Assembly: GCA_964016885.1 (NCBI GenBank)
Contig: OZ024741.1
Span: 181,412,001-181,476,000, forward strand
DNA from: Eledone cirrhosa
Lineage: Eukaryota
Reading direction: 5' to 3'
DNA length: 64,000 nt
Positions 51,495-64,000 of this stretch are shown in pieces; the stretch's first letter is position 1, and each line of letters starts with the position of its first letter. A model generated the notes under the pieces. It searched no databases. It was not told the DNA's origin and saw nothing but the letters and a program-made list of their open reading frames with translations. Made by a program: the position numbers and the translations under genes.

Positions 51495-51799
51495 ATGTAT
51501 GCATGTATGTATGTATATGGAAGTTACACAAATATTTTCGTATACTTTACCAGAGCAATCCTTATTTATATTTTACATTTTACATTCTACATTTACTTAC
51601 ATCTCAATATAACATGGCTAAAATTCAAATTTAGCAAAGAGAAGAAAACGGACAAATGAACTAGATACATCTCACTGGCCCCCGCCACCACGATAACGTC
51701 TACACTCTCTCCCCGACCATCACATTTACATTTACACATGTCATTACCCTATCTAGACTAAAGTCACCGACCTCTACTCTGTGTTGAATGTGTGTATAT

Positions 51800-54700
51800 A
51801 TATATATATGTATGTATATGTGTGTATATACATCATTCAGTCAAACGACCAGATTTCAACCCCAACATCTACAACAATAACACCGGCACTAATGTTTACA
51901 GCAACAACAGCTTCAGAATGAATTGAAATGAACATTTACAACAACAACAGCGGCATCAAACGATTAAAAAAAACAAAACCCAACAAACAAACAAAAAAAC
52001 TCAAAATAATAAAACACACACACACACACGCACACAACACAACAACAACATGAACTGCCACCACCACCACCACCACCACCGCCGCCATCACCATCACCAG
52101 CGACCGGGCCTTAAGAAAACAACTTTAATAATAATTTTTCTGCTTTTGGCACGGATCCAGCGACTGTCCCAGCGCATTACTGGTACTCTCATCCGTGGGG
52201 ATGAAAGGCAAGGTTGACCTCGGCGGGATTTAAGCTCAGAGCGTGGAGAGCCATAGCTCTATGCTGTAAAGCAATTATAATAATACTGGACTGTAATACG
52301 AACGGCTTCAACTATACAAACTCTTGAAAGTCAACAGTTGACATAATCTTGTATCAGTAATGACGGTAATATATATATATATGTGTGTGTGTGTGTAAGG
52401 GAGTAGCGCGTGTGTGTTTGTTTGTATGTATGAGTGTTGCTGTGTACGCGCGTATGTATGCGCGTGTGTGTATGTCGTACGTATAAGTGTCAATAAGTGA
52501 GTTTTTTGTTTTTTTTGCGCGGGGACATAGAAATAATCGGGCTGGATGCCCGATCGCGCAGTTAAACCACTGGGAGTGAAGAACCCCTAGCCCTTGTCAG
52601 GGCATTTTTCTAGGAGAAGGCATCTCAGGAAAATGGATTAACTCCGACATAAAACCTGCGGCTCAGTAGTTACCGATGATGTTGATCTTTTCTTCTTTTC
52701 GGGTTATAGCTACTGTCGCTCAGAGAGTGGGATTGGCTCAGTGCACAGTCTTTCCCCACTTTAAAAATATTCGTCACGCACAGGCATTGCTCGGTACCTG
52801 GCGGCGGTCCTCGAGGCAGCCGGTTTCGGGCCCGTTTTCAGGAGTTGGATCGCAGCAATTTACAGCGACATCTGCTCAGTTGTGAGGGTGAACGGTCACC
52901 TGTCGCATCCGTTCAGCATCATGCGCTCAGTCCGCCAGGGTTGTCCCCTCTCGTCCCACTTGTACGTATTGGCTCTCGAGCCGTTACTGCACAAACTGGG
53001 GGCGATGAGGGGCGTCCCACGCGAACTAGGATGCGGGAAATCCGAGTTGGCTTACGCTGACGACATCACCGTGGTGGTGTCGAGCACCCGACACGTCCAG
53101 ATGCTCGGCACCGCTCTCAAGGAATACGAAGCGGTGACAGGAGCAAAGATAAACCAGGAAAAGTCGGTGGGCTTGCAGCTCGACACCTGGAGAAGCAAGT
53201 CCATGCCGTTCGACAGCGTCGTGAGGCGTTGGACGGACGGACCGGTTAAATTGCTCGAGATCTGGTTCGAACCGGACCTCCAGATGGAGAATAACTGGAA
53301 CGAGGTGACGAGCAGGGTGGCCTCCCTCACCCAGAAATGGGCCGAGAAGAAGCTGTCCCTGAAAGGCCGGGCGGAGGTGGCGAATGCGTACATCGCATCC
53401 GTCATCTGCTACCGCCTCACCGTCGTCCCTTGCTCCAGCCCAACTCTCACCAAAATGGAGCGCCTCCTCTTCCGCTTTTTGTGGAAGGGACGCGTTCCCA
53501 TGGTCAGACACTCCATCTGCTGTCAACACCCGTTGCGTGGAGGACTGGGCATGCCATGGCTGATGATGCGCAAACATGCGCTGAGGCTGCGACATCTCTG
53601 GTGCTTCCTTGATGGTGAACAGGTGTGGTCGCCGTTCGCCAGGCACGTTTTCCCACAGCTTGTCTCCTTGACGGAGCTGCAGTCCTGGGTCAGAAAAAGA
53701 CCGAGGGATAGCGCTTGGAAACTGGAATGTCTCCAGGTGCTCACTGCCCTCTGCCAGCTGGGCACCAGTATCGGTGGAACATCCACCTCGGCGTTCTATA
53801 GAGGACTAGTAGAGGGGATGAGCGACGACATTCTCGGAGAGATCCTGGGCGTCGAAGAAGATCAGCTGTTTGCTCTCTTCTGGAGAACTTTCAGCTCGAG
53901 GCCTTTGGATAACTTCCAAAAATCCCTGGCCTGGCAGTGCTACCGGGGATTGCTGCCGGTTCGAGATAAGCTCTACAGGCACGGAAGTACCGTCAGCCGA
54001 GCCTGTCCGAGATGCGCGCAGGGCGACGAAACCGTCGTGCACGCACTCGTTCAGTGCCCGAGCATTGCTGACTTGTGGAGCTATGTCGAACAGTTGCTGT
54101 CGCGTGTAGGACTGATCTGGTTATCGACTGAGTCCATTGTGCAGATGGTCTCGCCGTCTTCCTTCGAGGAAGAAGGGCAGGCGGTTTTCATCTGCCTGGT
54201 GGCCATGGCGAAAGAGATTGTGTGGACAAGGTTAAAAGGGTTAAAGACAGACACTTTCCTCTTCGGCGAATCCCTAATTAACTTTTTCAAGTTTCACTTG
54301 AAGAGGAAAATCAGGGTGGAGAGGCAAGTGCTGCTTTCTAGCAAGTTTGTTGAAAGGTGGGTGAATGTAGCGAGAATGGTCCGAGTGAACGGGACCACTC
54401 TGAATATACGTCTGTAGTTTGAGAAATGGAAAAATTGAGAGAGGGCGCTTGCCCTGGTGGTCAGGGTGGCCGTGGTCTTTTGTGTGGTTTTCGCCACTAG
54501 TAACCCTTGGAGGTTTCCTCCCTATTGGGGAATGTTTCATTGTTTTAATTTTCATTTTTATTGTTTATATATGTTTCTATGTCCTTCTTTTTCTTTTCTT
54601 ATATAAATAATATAAAATATTTAGACGCACAAAACCCACATCGTACCGTCCTGTACCGTCCTGTGCCGTCTGTAATGTTTTTCTTGATGTCAGCCCTTGT

Positions 54701-57700
54701 GGCCAATAAAGAAATCATTAATAATTATTAATAGTGTATTATTATTATTATTATTATTATTATTACTTTTTTTTTTTCCCAATTCAATGATGTTCCAGAA
54801 CAATATAAAAGAGATAATTGGCAATTTAGGTTCTGGAACAAAAAAGATAATTGGCAATAAGGGCAGGGGCCCCAGGTTATCACAGCCTGGGCCCGCTCGT
54901 CATCGTGCCATTGTAATAGAGCCAAACAAGGCATTTAGTCTTGGCTGCTGGAACGTACGGACGCTGCGTGACAGGGATTCCTTGGAGCGTCCTGAACGAA
55001 GGGCCGCTCTTGTTGCAAAGGAGCTTCGACATTACGATCATGACATCGTGGCTTTATCTGAGACGAGGTTAGCTGGAGATGGTCATCTTACAGAATTTTG
55101 TGGAGAATATACATTCTTCTGGAAAGGAAGAGATGAAGGAACCAGAAGAGAGGCTGGGGTAGGATTTGCTGTTAAGACTGTTCTTGTGAATAAATTAGAA
55201 GAATTCCCAGTAGGGATTAGTGAGCGTCTTATGTCCATGAGAATTCCGCTGGACAAAGGAAGATATGCGACCCTGGTGAGTGTGTATGCTCCAACTATGA
55301 GTTCTGTCGATGAGGAAAAGGTGTCCTTTTACCATGCCTTGAAAGGTGTTTTAAGAAATAACCCTCAGGCAGACAAAGTCATCGTGCTTGATAACTTTAA
55401 TGCTAGAGTGGATAAGGATTTTAACACATGAAATGTAATCGGAAGGCATGGGGTGGGAAAGTGTAACAACAATGGTATGCTCCTGCTGCAGATGTGTGAG
55501 GAGCTGGATCTGTGTGTTACCGACACCATGTTCCAACAAAAGAACAAATTCAAGACCACATGGATGCATCTTGCATCTAAGGAATGACATCTTTTGGACT
55601 ACGTCCTAGTCAGGATGCGTGACAGACAGGATGTGCAGTGTGTTCGTGCTCTTCGTGGAGCTGAGTGCTGGACGGACCACCGCCTGGTACGCGCAAAAGT
55701 GAAACTAATCACTAAACGTAAAATCCGGGCTCCTGGTGTTGTCCTGCCCAAAAGATTGAATGCTGTTCGTCTTAAGGATAAAAATGTGAAGAGGACATTG
55801 GAAGAAGAGATGCAGGCTGCAGATCTTGGTGAGGATTGGCCGACCCTTAAAAAGTAGGTTTATGATGTAGGCAGGCGTGTTCTGGGATTGGTGCAGAGAA
55901 AACATCAGGACTGGTTTAATGAGAATGATGTACATATAGAAGACTTTTTGGCTGATAAGAGGCGTGCACTATCACGCTACTTGACGGCAAAACCACAGGA
56001 GAGGAATACGTTGCACGAGGAACTCAAGGATGTAAAATCATGTGTTAGGCGGAGTCTTTCTCAGATGAAGGATCAGTGGTGGAGTGAGAAGGCTGGTGAG
56101 ATAAAAACTGCGTCAGATTCCAATAACACAAAGGTGTTGTACAGTCTCTTGCGTGAGGTTTATGGACCGTCTTCTTCTCTGGTGACACCGCTTCGCAGCA
56201 AGGATGGCAAAGAACTTCTTCGTGACTCACAAGGAATTCTACGAAGGTGGCGAGAGCACTTTGATGATCTTTTGAATCAGCCGTCTGTCGTTAGTGAAGA
56301 TTTCCTCAATCTCATTCCAGAAAGTCCTGTGAAAGTAGCTCTCGCAGAACCTCCGACGCTTGTGGAGATTGCAGTGGCTATCTCGAAAGGTCTCCAGGTA
56401 TGGATGGCATATATGCTGAGCTCCTACAATATGGTGGTGAGAGACTCCTGCAACATCTTCACTCTTTCTTTGGCAGGATATGGGCTAATGAATCCGTACC
56501 TGAGGACTGGAGAGATGCAGTAATGGTGGTCTTATACAAGGAAAAGAGTAACAGGAATGATTGTGGGAACTACAGAAGTATATCATTGCTTTCTGTCGTA
56601 GGGAAAGATTTATGTAGGGTGCTTCTGGACCGTCTGCTGACACACATTGCAGATTGTGTTCTTCCTGAAAGTCAATCTGGTTTTCGTGCTGGACGCGGCA
56701 CTACTGATATGATCTTCTCAGCTAGACAGCTCCAGGAGAAGTGCATGGAACAAGGTTTGTATCTGTATCAGGTTTTTGTCGATCTGACAAAAGCTTTCGA
56801 TACTGTTAACAGAGATGCATTATGGAAGGTTCTCCAGAAACTTGGTTGCCCTGATAAGTTCCTTGCTTTAGTTAGGTCTTTCCATGACGACATGAAGGCT
56901 TGGGTTAATGTCGGAGGTAACATGTCGGAGCCTATCTCGGTAAAAAATGGAGTGAAACAGGGAGATATTCCAGCACCGACCCTGTTTGCCATATACTTTG
57001 CAATGGTTTTCTGTATTGCATTCAGGAATTGCAAGCATGGTGTTTACATCCGATATCGAACCTCAGGCAGCATATTTAACATCAGGCGTTTTGCTGCAAA
57101 GACAAAAGTATTTACATCAATCATAAGAGACCTCTTGTATGCAGATGATTGCGATCTTGTAGCGCACACAGAGAGTGATATGCAGCACATTTTTAATGCA
57201 TTTTCTGACGCTTGCACTGTCCTAGGATTGACTGTCAGTCTCAAGAATACCGTCGTCATGTATCAACCTGCCCCTGGTAAGCAGTACACTGAACCAAATA
57301 TCTATGTGTATGGTAAACGACTTGGAGTGGTTGATCAGTTTGTCTACCTGGGAAGCACTGTCAATCGATACAGCAACCTTGATAGTGAAATCTCACTTGG
57401 TATTAGGAAAGCAAGTGATGCTTTCGGAAAGCTAGAAAGGTGACTCTGGGGTCGGCGAAACATATGCAGGAGGACAAAGGTAAAGGTGTACAAGGCATTT
57501 GTGCTCTCTTGTCTTCTTTATGCCTGCGAGACCTGGGTCACATATCGACACCACCTTAAGCAATTGGAGCGTTTCCATCAGATGTGTCTCAGACGGATCC
57601 ATGGCGTTCACTGGAGGGACCACATCAGTGATGTCGAGATTTTGGAAAGCTCTATGTGTGACAGTATAGAAGCTCTTGTGCTTAAGCAACAACTCCGTTG

Positions 57701-58319
57701 GAGTGGTCACCTTGCTAGGATGAAGGATTCTAGAATACCAAAACAACTCTTTTATGGAGAGTTAGTTAAAGGAAAACGACCGCCACATAAATCAAAAAAG
57801 AGGTATAATGATTCCTTGAAAGCCTCTTTGAAAGACGCTAACATCTCTGCTGATACATGGGAAAATATTGCTGCTGATCGTAATAAATGGAGAAAGACTG
57901 TATATGAGGGAAAAGTTGCCTTTGAAGCATCTCGAATCGCATACGAGAAAGTAAAGCGGGATGTGAGGAAGGGCATTACTGTTGCACTTCCAGACGGCGA
58001 GGGTCCTCCTATGGTGCTGACATGCAGCGTCTGTGCGAGACTCTGCCTAAGCAAAGCTGGACTCGAAAGTCATCTTCGCAGTCACAAAGTAAAACCAGTG
58101 GTTGACTACCAGGCTGCTGTTGGAGATGCTACTCATCATGCTTGCCAAGCATGTGGTAGAGAATGTAAATCAGCAGGAGGGCTCAAGCGACATGCAAAAG
58201 TACATGAACTCCAACCACAGCCGGCTATTCCCAGTGAATGTTTTGGTTGCCGACTCTGTGCAAGACATTTTAGATCATTGGCTGGGCTAAAAAGCCACAT
58301 TCGATCGCAGCGCTGTTAG
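51800..58319 (+). mobile_element. RTE-clade LINE, decayed copy 2, interrupted by an L1/Tx1 insertion
   Basis: Same leader and ORF as copy 1. Coding part 54787-58319 includes YADD and FVYLGS; stops and frameshifts present. Confidence 0.93.
52791..54716 (+). mobile_element. 5'-truncated L1/Tx1-clade LINE (open 511-aa reading frame at 52882-54417)
   Basis: RQGCPLS, YADD, GGLG, CPRC...ETVVHALVQC zinc-binding motif. The 3' end GTGGCCAATAAAGAAA resembles that of 32449-35249. Confidence 0.92.
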
Positions 58320-58423
58320 TTGCTATCGTGTGTGTGTGTATAGATATGTTTATGTGTGTGTGTGTGTGTATATATTTATGTATACGTATATTATTATTGT
58401 TGTTGTTGTCGTTATTATTATTG

Positions 58424-58467
<44 letters not shown>

Positions 58468-58648
58468 TGGCAGTATCGGTAGAGGGTTTGACGCCATGCT
58501 TTCCAGCATAGTTACGTCCCTTTATGATCTGAGTTCAAATCCCGCCGAGGTTGACTTTGCCTTTCATCCTTACGGGGTCGATAAAATAAAGTACCAGTAA
58601 TGCACTGGGTAATTGCTGGCCTTGTGCCTAAAGTAGAAACAATTATTG
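58468..58648 (+). mobile_element. SINE inserted in the (TTA)n downstream of RTE copy 2
   Basis: Core and tail match. Confidence 0.88.
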
Positions 58649-58709
58649 TTATTAATATATGTGTATGTATATGTATGTATGTGTATATATATATGTATGT
58701 ATGTGTGTG

Positions 58710-58758
<49 letters not shown>

Positions 58759-58828
58759 GGAAATGTGGTAAGGAACCAGGTGGACCATAACGCACCAAAG
58801 TACTCAATACTTAGGGTAGTAGAGTGGG

Positions 58829-58863
<35 letters not shown>

Positions 58864-58989
58864 TTTTCTCGTGCAATGGCCATACTCGATAACGAGGGGG
58901 CAGCCATTATGTATGTATGTATATGCATACATACATTATATACGTATACGCAGACACATACACAGGCACACACACACATATATATATTG

Positions 58990-59640
58990 ATTTCTAATTT
59001 AGGCACAATACCACCAATTTGAGGAGAGAAGGTCGATTAAATCGTCTCCAGTACTTGTGTAGTTCTCTCTTTTATCAACTCTGGGAGGATAAAAAACAAA
59101 ATTGACCTTGGTGAAATTTAAAGCCATATCGTAAAATCTCGGAACAAATTCCGCAAATAATTTTCTTTGACGCTCTAACTGTTTTGCCAACCCTCTACTC
59201 TTAATCGTTTCTAATTTAGACACAAGGCCAGCAATTTTCAGGGTGTGAAAGTTGTTTTTAACGACCCAAATACTTGAGTGGAATTTTAACAATTTTGGAA
59301 ATTGTGGCTGAAGTTGATCTCAGTGGGATTTGAACTATGAACATAAAGGGCAGCAACAAATGCCACAAATCACTTGCCTGCCGCTCAAACGATCCTGCCA
59401 AAGCACTGCCTTTTTTCAAGTAATAAAATTTCTTTTTAAAATTGCCCCATGACTAATCATTTGGAGGGAAAGGTTAAATCGATGATATCGATTCCATTCC
59501 TTAACTGATAATTTATTTTATCGACCCCAGAAGGATGATAGACAAAGTTAACTTCGGCAGGATTTGAACTGAGAACGTAGAAAGTCATTATTGAATACTG
59601 CAAAGTATTTTGTTCGGTCCTCGACTCTAGTAATAATAAT
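58990..59640 (-). mobile_element. Cluster of three older SINE copies
   Basis: Degenerate reverse-complement cores (TTTATCRAC...GGAT...GGATTTGAACT) and tails (TTTCTAATTTAG.CACAA). Confidence 0.65.
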
Positions 59641-60574
59641 GGCATTGTTATTATCGATTCCAGATGACGAAATCAAAGATGACCTCGGTGGTGTTCGGTC
59701 ATCGAATGAGACATTATAGAACTAAATTAGCAACGCATTTGGCTAATTCTCAAGAGAGTTGACCATCTACTCCTTTTCCATTTGTCTTCTAAGCATATTG
59801 AAAATATTTAAAACTTAAATCGACAGAACAATCTATTTGAAGTTCTTTCTTTGATGTACTATGAAGAAGGACGAAATTTTACGATCGAATTAGATTGTAG
59901 ATGTGCACATAATGGGTCTCTTGCAGATGTATTATTATATAGAGTAATGCACGTAATTTTAAATAGCTTAAATCTACCCAGATGTTGACAATATATTATG
60001 AGGCTTTGATGGCAAACTTACGGGCGTTGGAATGGAATAGGCCTTCGTCAGTTTCGACGATGAATGTTCCAGTTTTTCGATCAACGGAACAGTCTGCTTG
60101 TAAAATTAACGTGTAAGTGACAGTATTCCATAGGTAGATGTCTTTTTAACGTAATTCTGGGGTAGATTTAGCAGCTCACAGTGTGGGACAAAGCTGGCTT
60201 TTTGAATTACCGGTGCAATCGATCCGACGGACTTTCAAACACTTTCCGTCTATCAAATTTTACTTCAGAAGGTTTGGGTCAACACATATCTATGGCAAAT
60301 GACTCTTGTCCAAGATGCCAAAATTACAATGAAATGACCAGAAGTATAGATCGAACTCAGGACTTAATGATTGCAAAACGAATTTCTTAAACCATTTGAC
60401 CCTGTAGCATCCACAACTGGCATTAGGAAAGATATCCATTACATGCATGGTCTTGTAACTGACGATAGAGTCATAGGGCGCTGTATTGACATACGGCGTT
60501 TCTTGGGCATTTGAAGCCTGACGGAGCCTATCCTTCTCCAGGCCTGAGTACAGCAGATTTATTCCAGAGAGAGG

Positions 60575-60735
60575 AAGAATCGACCCTAGTACTAGACTGG
60601 TACTTTTTTTTATCGACCTCGAAAGGATGAAAGGCGAAGTTGACCTCGGCGGGCTTTGAACTCAGAGAGCAGAGAGCCAGAATTAATACCATAAAGTATT
60701 CTATCCGACATTCTAACGACCCTGCCAATTCGCCT
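60575..60735 (-). mobile_element. SINE
   Basis: CTGGTACTT...TATCGACC...GGATGAAAGGC...TTTGAACTCAG. Confidence 0.75.
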
Positions 60736-61264
60736 CTATACCCATTATATATATATAGTAACAAATAAGAATATTAAAATGGAAGCAGTTTCAAAATATC
60801 TATTTTTCCTGTAGATATTTCCCATGAATTTATTGGCATACAATTGTAGAATTAAGACTTGTAAATATTTCACCAATGTCTGATATAGTAATACCAGCGG
60901 AAGATGTGCCAAACGGCTAGGAGTATATATAGAGTTAGTAGAAGTATCATACGGGTTTCAGGATTAAATATGACTATTCCATGATTTTGAAGCAACCCAA
61001 GCCATTAGTTATCTGCTAATTCGCCAATTATTGGATTCACCTTGTTATTTCAATGCTTTCAGAAAACAAGATTGCGCATAAAAAGAAACAGAAATATTTG
61101 ATACACACATTAAACACGGCCACCACTACTAACACTACACTCCCGCCTCCACCACATAGATGTTCTAACACTGATATAACTGAAATTCCTGGTGGACATG
61201 CAAATAATTGGCAATCTACAGGTAATAATATCAATATGCTATTAAATGACATGAGACGAGAGAA

Positions 61265-61460
61265 GTGAATTTACTGATGTTGCAATGGAAAAAAGAAACA
61301 CATATACGGATGCGAGTAACACACGGGCTGCGTGAATGGATCATTGAATCATGGAAGGAAATGAGAGCTGACACTGTTGTTACATCATTCAAGAAATGTG
61401 GTATTTCCAATGTATTTAATCATGCAGAAGGCGATTATATTTGGAATGACAGAAATGAAG
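61265..61460 (+). pseudogene. pogo/Tigger-type transposase C-terminal remnant
   Basis: EWIIESWKEM...VVTSFKKCGISN...DYIW matches the post-DDE motif typical of pogo-like transposases. Confidence 0.6.
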
Positions 61461-62619
61461 AAAAATGGATGATTCGCCATCTGTAACTACAGTAAACGAA
61501 TATGAAGAAGATCGATATGATAAAATCATTTATTCTGATGATTATCAAGCTTTGTTTGGAGTTGAAAACGTTGAACATTGGACTTTTATATTTGGCATCA
61601 TTATTGTTATTCATTTTGTTTGTTGTTTCCATGAATTTTCATACTTGGTTTTCAATATTTGGAGTCATTAAACTGCTATGGATTTATTGAAATATTGGTA
61701 ATAATACATTAATGATACATACACCTCTGCATTAGACAGCTGTAAACTATTCAACTATAACCAAATGTAATACATTGTATTTAAAGTTATGCTGCAATAC
61801 TGTAGTAAGACAAGTAAGTATTTGTACAATATTAGATTATTTAGCATTTGTACATAAACCATGAATTGATTTCAATATGATAGTGTTTTGAATGTGATAA
61901 ATATACAGTAAAGGATTGTGTGCAACATTATTAGGAGCTACATAATTTTATTATGTGTGTGTGTTTGATGTGTAGAGTTGTGTCATAATTTGTTGTACTT
62001 CATCATATGTCATCAGACATAAAAACGTTGACCATGTCCTCAAGAATGAGTGAAATGATTGGTTGTTTCCGAGAGTCATTAAGGATATTAGTATAGAAGG
62101 TGGTAACTTGTTGTTAGTTACTGAGTCAAGGGAACTTGTCTTAGTTAGGTTGGCATATTTATTAGTAGTCGGAAAAAATATTCATTATATTCAAAGTCGA
62201 CTTTAAATAATGAAATATATCTTCCTAGCTTGGATTATCTTCTTGTAACGCTAAACTCCGCCAGTTGCAGACTGCGCAACAACATGAGATATTTTTCTCC
62301 AAAAAGTTCGATCACCAGCAGCAGAGTTCAAAGAGCAAAGATCAAGTCCAGTCCATAAATTGACATTATCAAGCCATCGTTTTCGCCTTTGCTTCTCTTA
62401 CTAGCCAACCTTCCTTCCAGGCATAACCTAGTCACACCACGAGTTGATACTTTTATATGACCGTATAATTTGAGTATTCTTAACTTGACAATTGATGTAA
62501 TTGGTCTAAGTTTGGTAATGTTGTGCAGGTCACTGATACAGATACGTTATATGAGCCGCTTGCCAGTCATAAGTCTCATGATGCGGTTCTGGAATGTAGA
62601 GAGCTTCTGCAGTGACCTT

Positions 62620-63329
<710 letters not shown>

Positions 63330-63369
63330 TTAGTATGTACGTTCTGAAAATTATTGTATATAATATCAA

Positions 63370-63550
63370 TTATTTTTACTTTTGGTACAAGGCCAGCAAT
63401 TGCCCCAGTACATTACTAGTGCTTTATTTTATCGACCCAGCAAGGATGAAAGGCAAAGCTAACCTCGGCGGGAATTGAACTCAGAACGTAAAAGGGCAGT
63501 ATCTCTATGCTGCAACGTATAGTGTCTGAGGTTCTACCGATACCGCCCTA
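63370..63550 (-). mobile_element. SINE
   Basis: Reverse-complement tail, core and head. Confidence 0.8.
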
Positions 63551-64000
63551 AAATTAATATAGAACCATACTATGTTAGATAACTGACCAACTATTTTATA
63601 GAGATAAAAATATAACATTTACAAGATAGATTTAAATAGGTAATCTAAGTGACAAAGTTGGTGTAATTTCAATAATCTAATGCTTCCAAGGCTGCAACAC
63701 ACTAGATTAATTACATTAAATCGCTGAATTTCATCAGTTTGTAGATGCCGAATTAAATTCTCAAAGGCATTAACTTTGATTTTCATCCCTTAATGTAATA
63801 TAAACGTACCGGGCACCTATTGACATTACTATCTCGAAATATACCTAAAACCGTTTAACCCTATATTAATTAGAAACCTCTCGCTCTCATTCAAGTTTAA
63901 AACCCTCTATTGACGGACTCCCTCATAATTCATATGACAAATACAGACGTTAAGCTATATATAAGTTGAAAACATATGAATTTGTAAAATTTCTTATTTG

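Overview
Eukaryotic, AT-rich, gene-free window made almost entirely of repeats. The SINE and LINE repertoire looks like an octopus/cephalopod genome (inference). No host protein-coding gene, rRNA, tRNA gene or CRISPR array is supported, and most listed ORFs are translated microsatellites. Recognisable elements: one R4/Dong-clade non-LTR retrotransposon with an intact 1130-aa ORF inserted in (TAA)n; truncated copies of two other R4-like families, each bounded by (TATG)n; two decayed copies of an RTE LINE with three C-terminal C2H2 fingers; a non-autonomous RTE-derived element in three copies; two L1/Tx1 LINE relics; CRE-like, mariner, hAT, pogo and Helitron remnants; many tRNA-type SINEs; and a 5-unit ~0.8 kb tandem array. 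The most interesting signals are RNA-level. First, several sequence-unrelated fold-back elements next to (TA)n tracts carry type I hammerhead ribozyme cores, as in Penelope pseudo-LTRs or retrozymes. Second, two RTE-related families share a structured leader with clear compensatory base changes and a possible pseudoknot, and one family also has a partial HDV-like fold. Third, the nesting pattern suggests LINE-made microsatellite tails serve as landing pads for R4 elements, including an apparent (CATA)n specificity. All structures were folded by eye and element boundaries are approximate.
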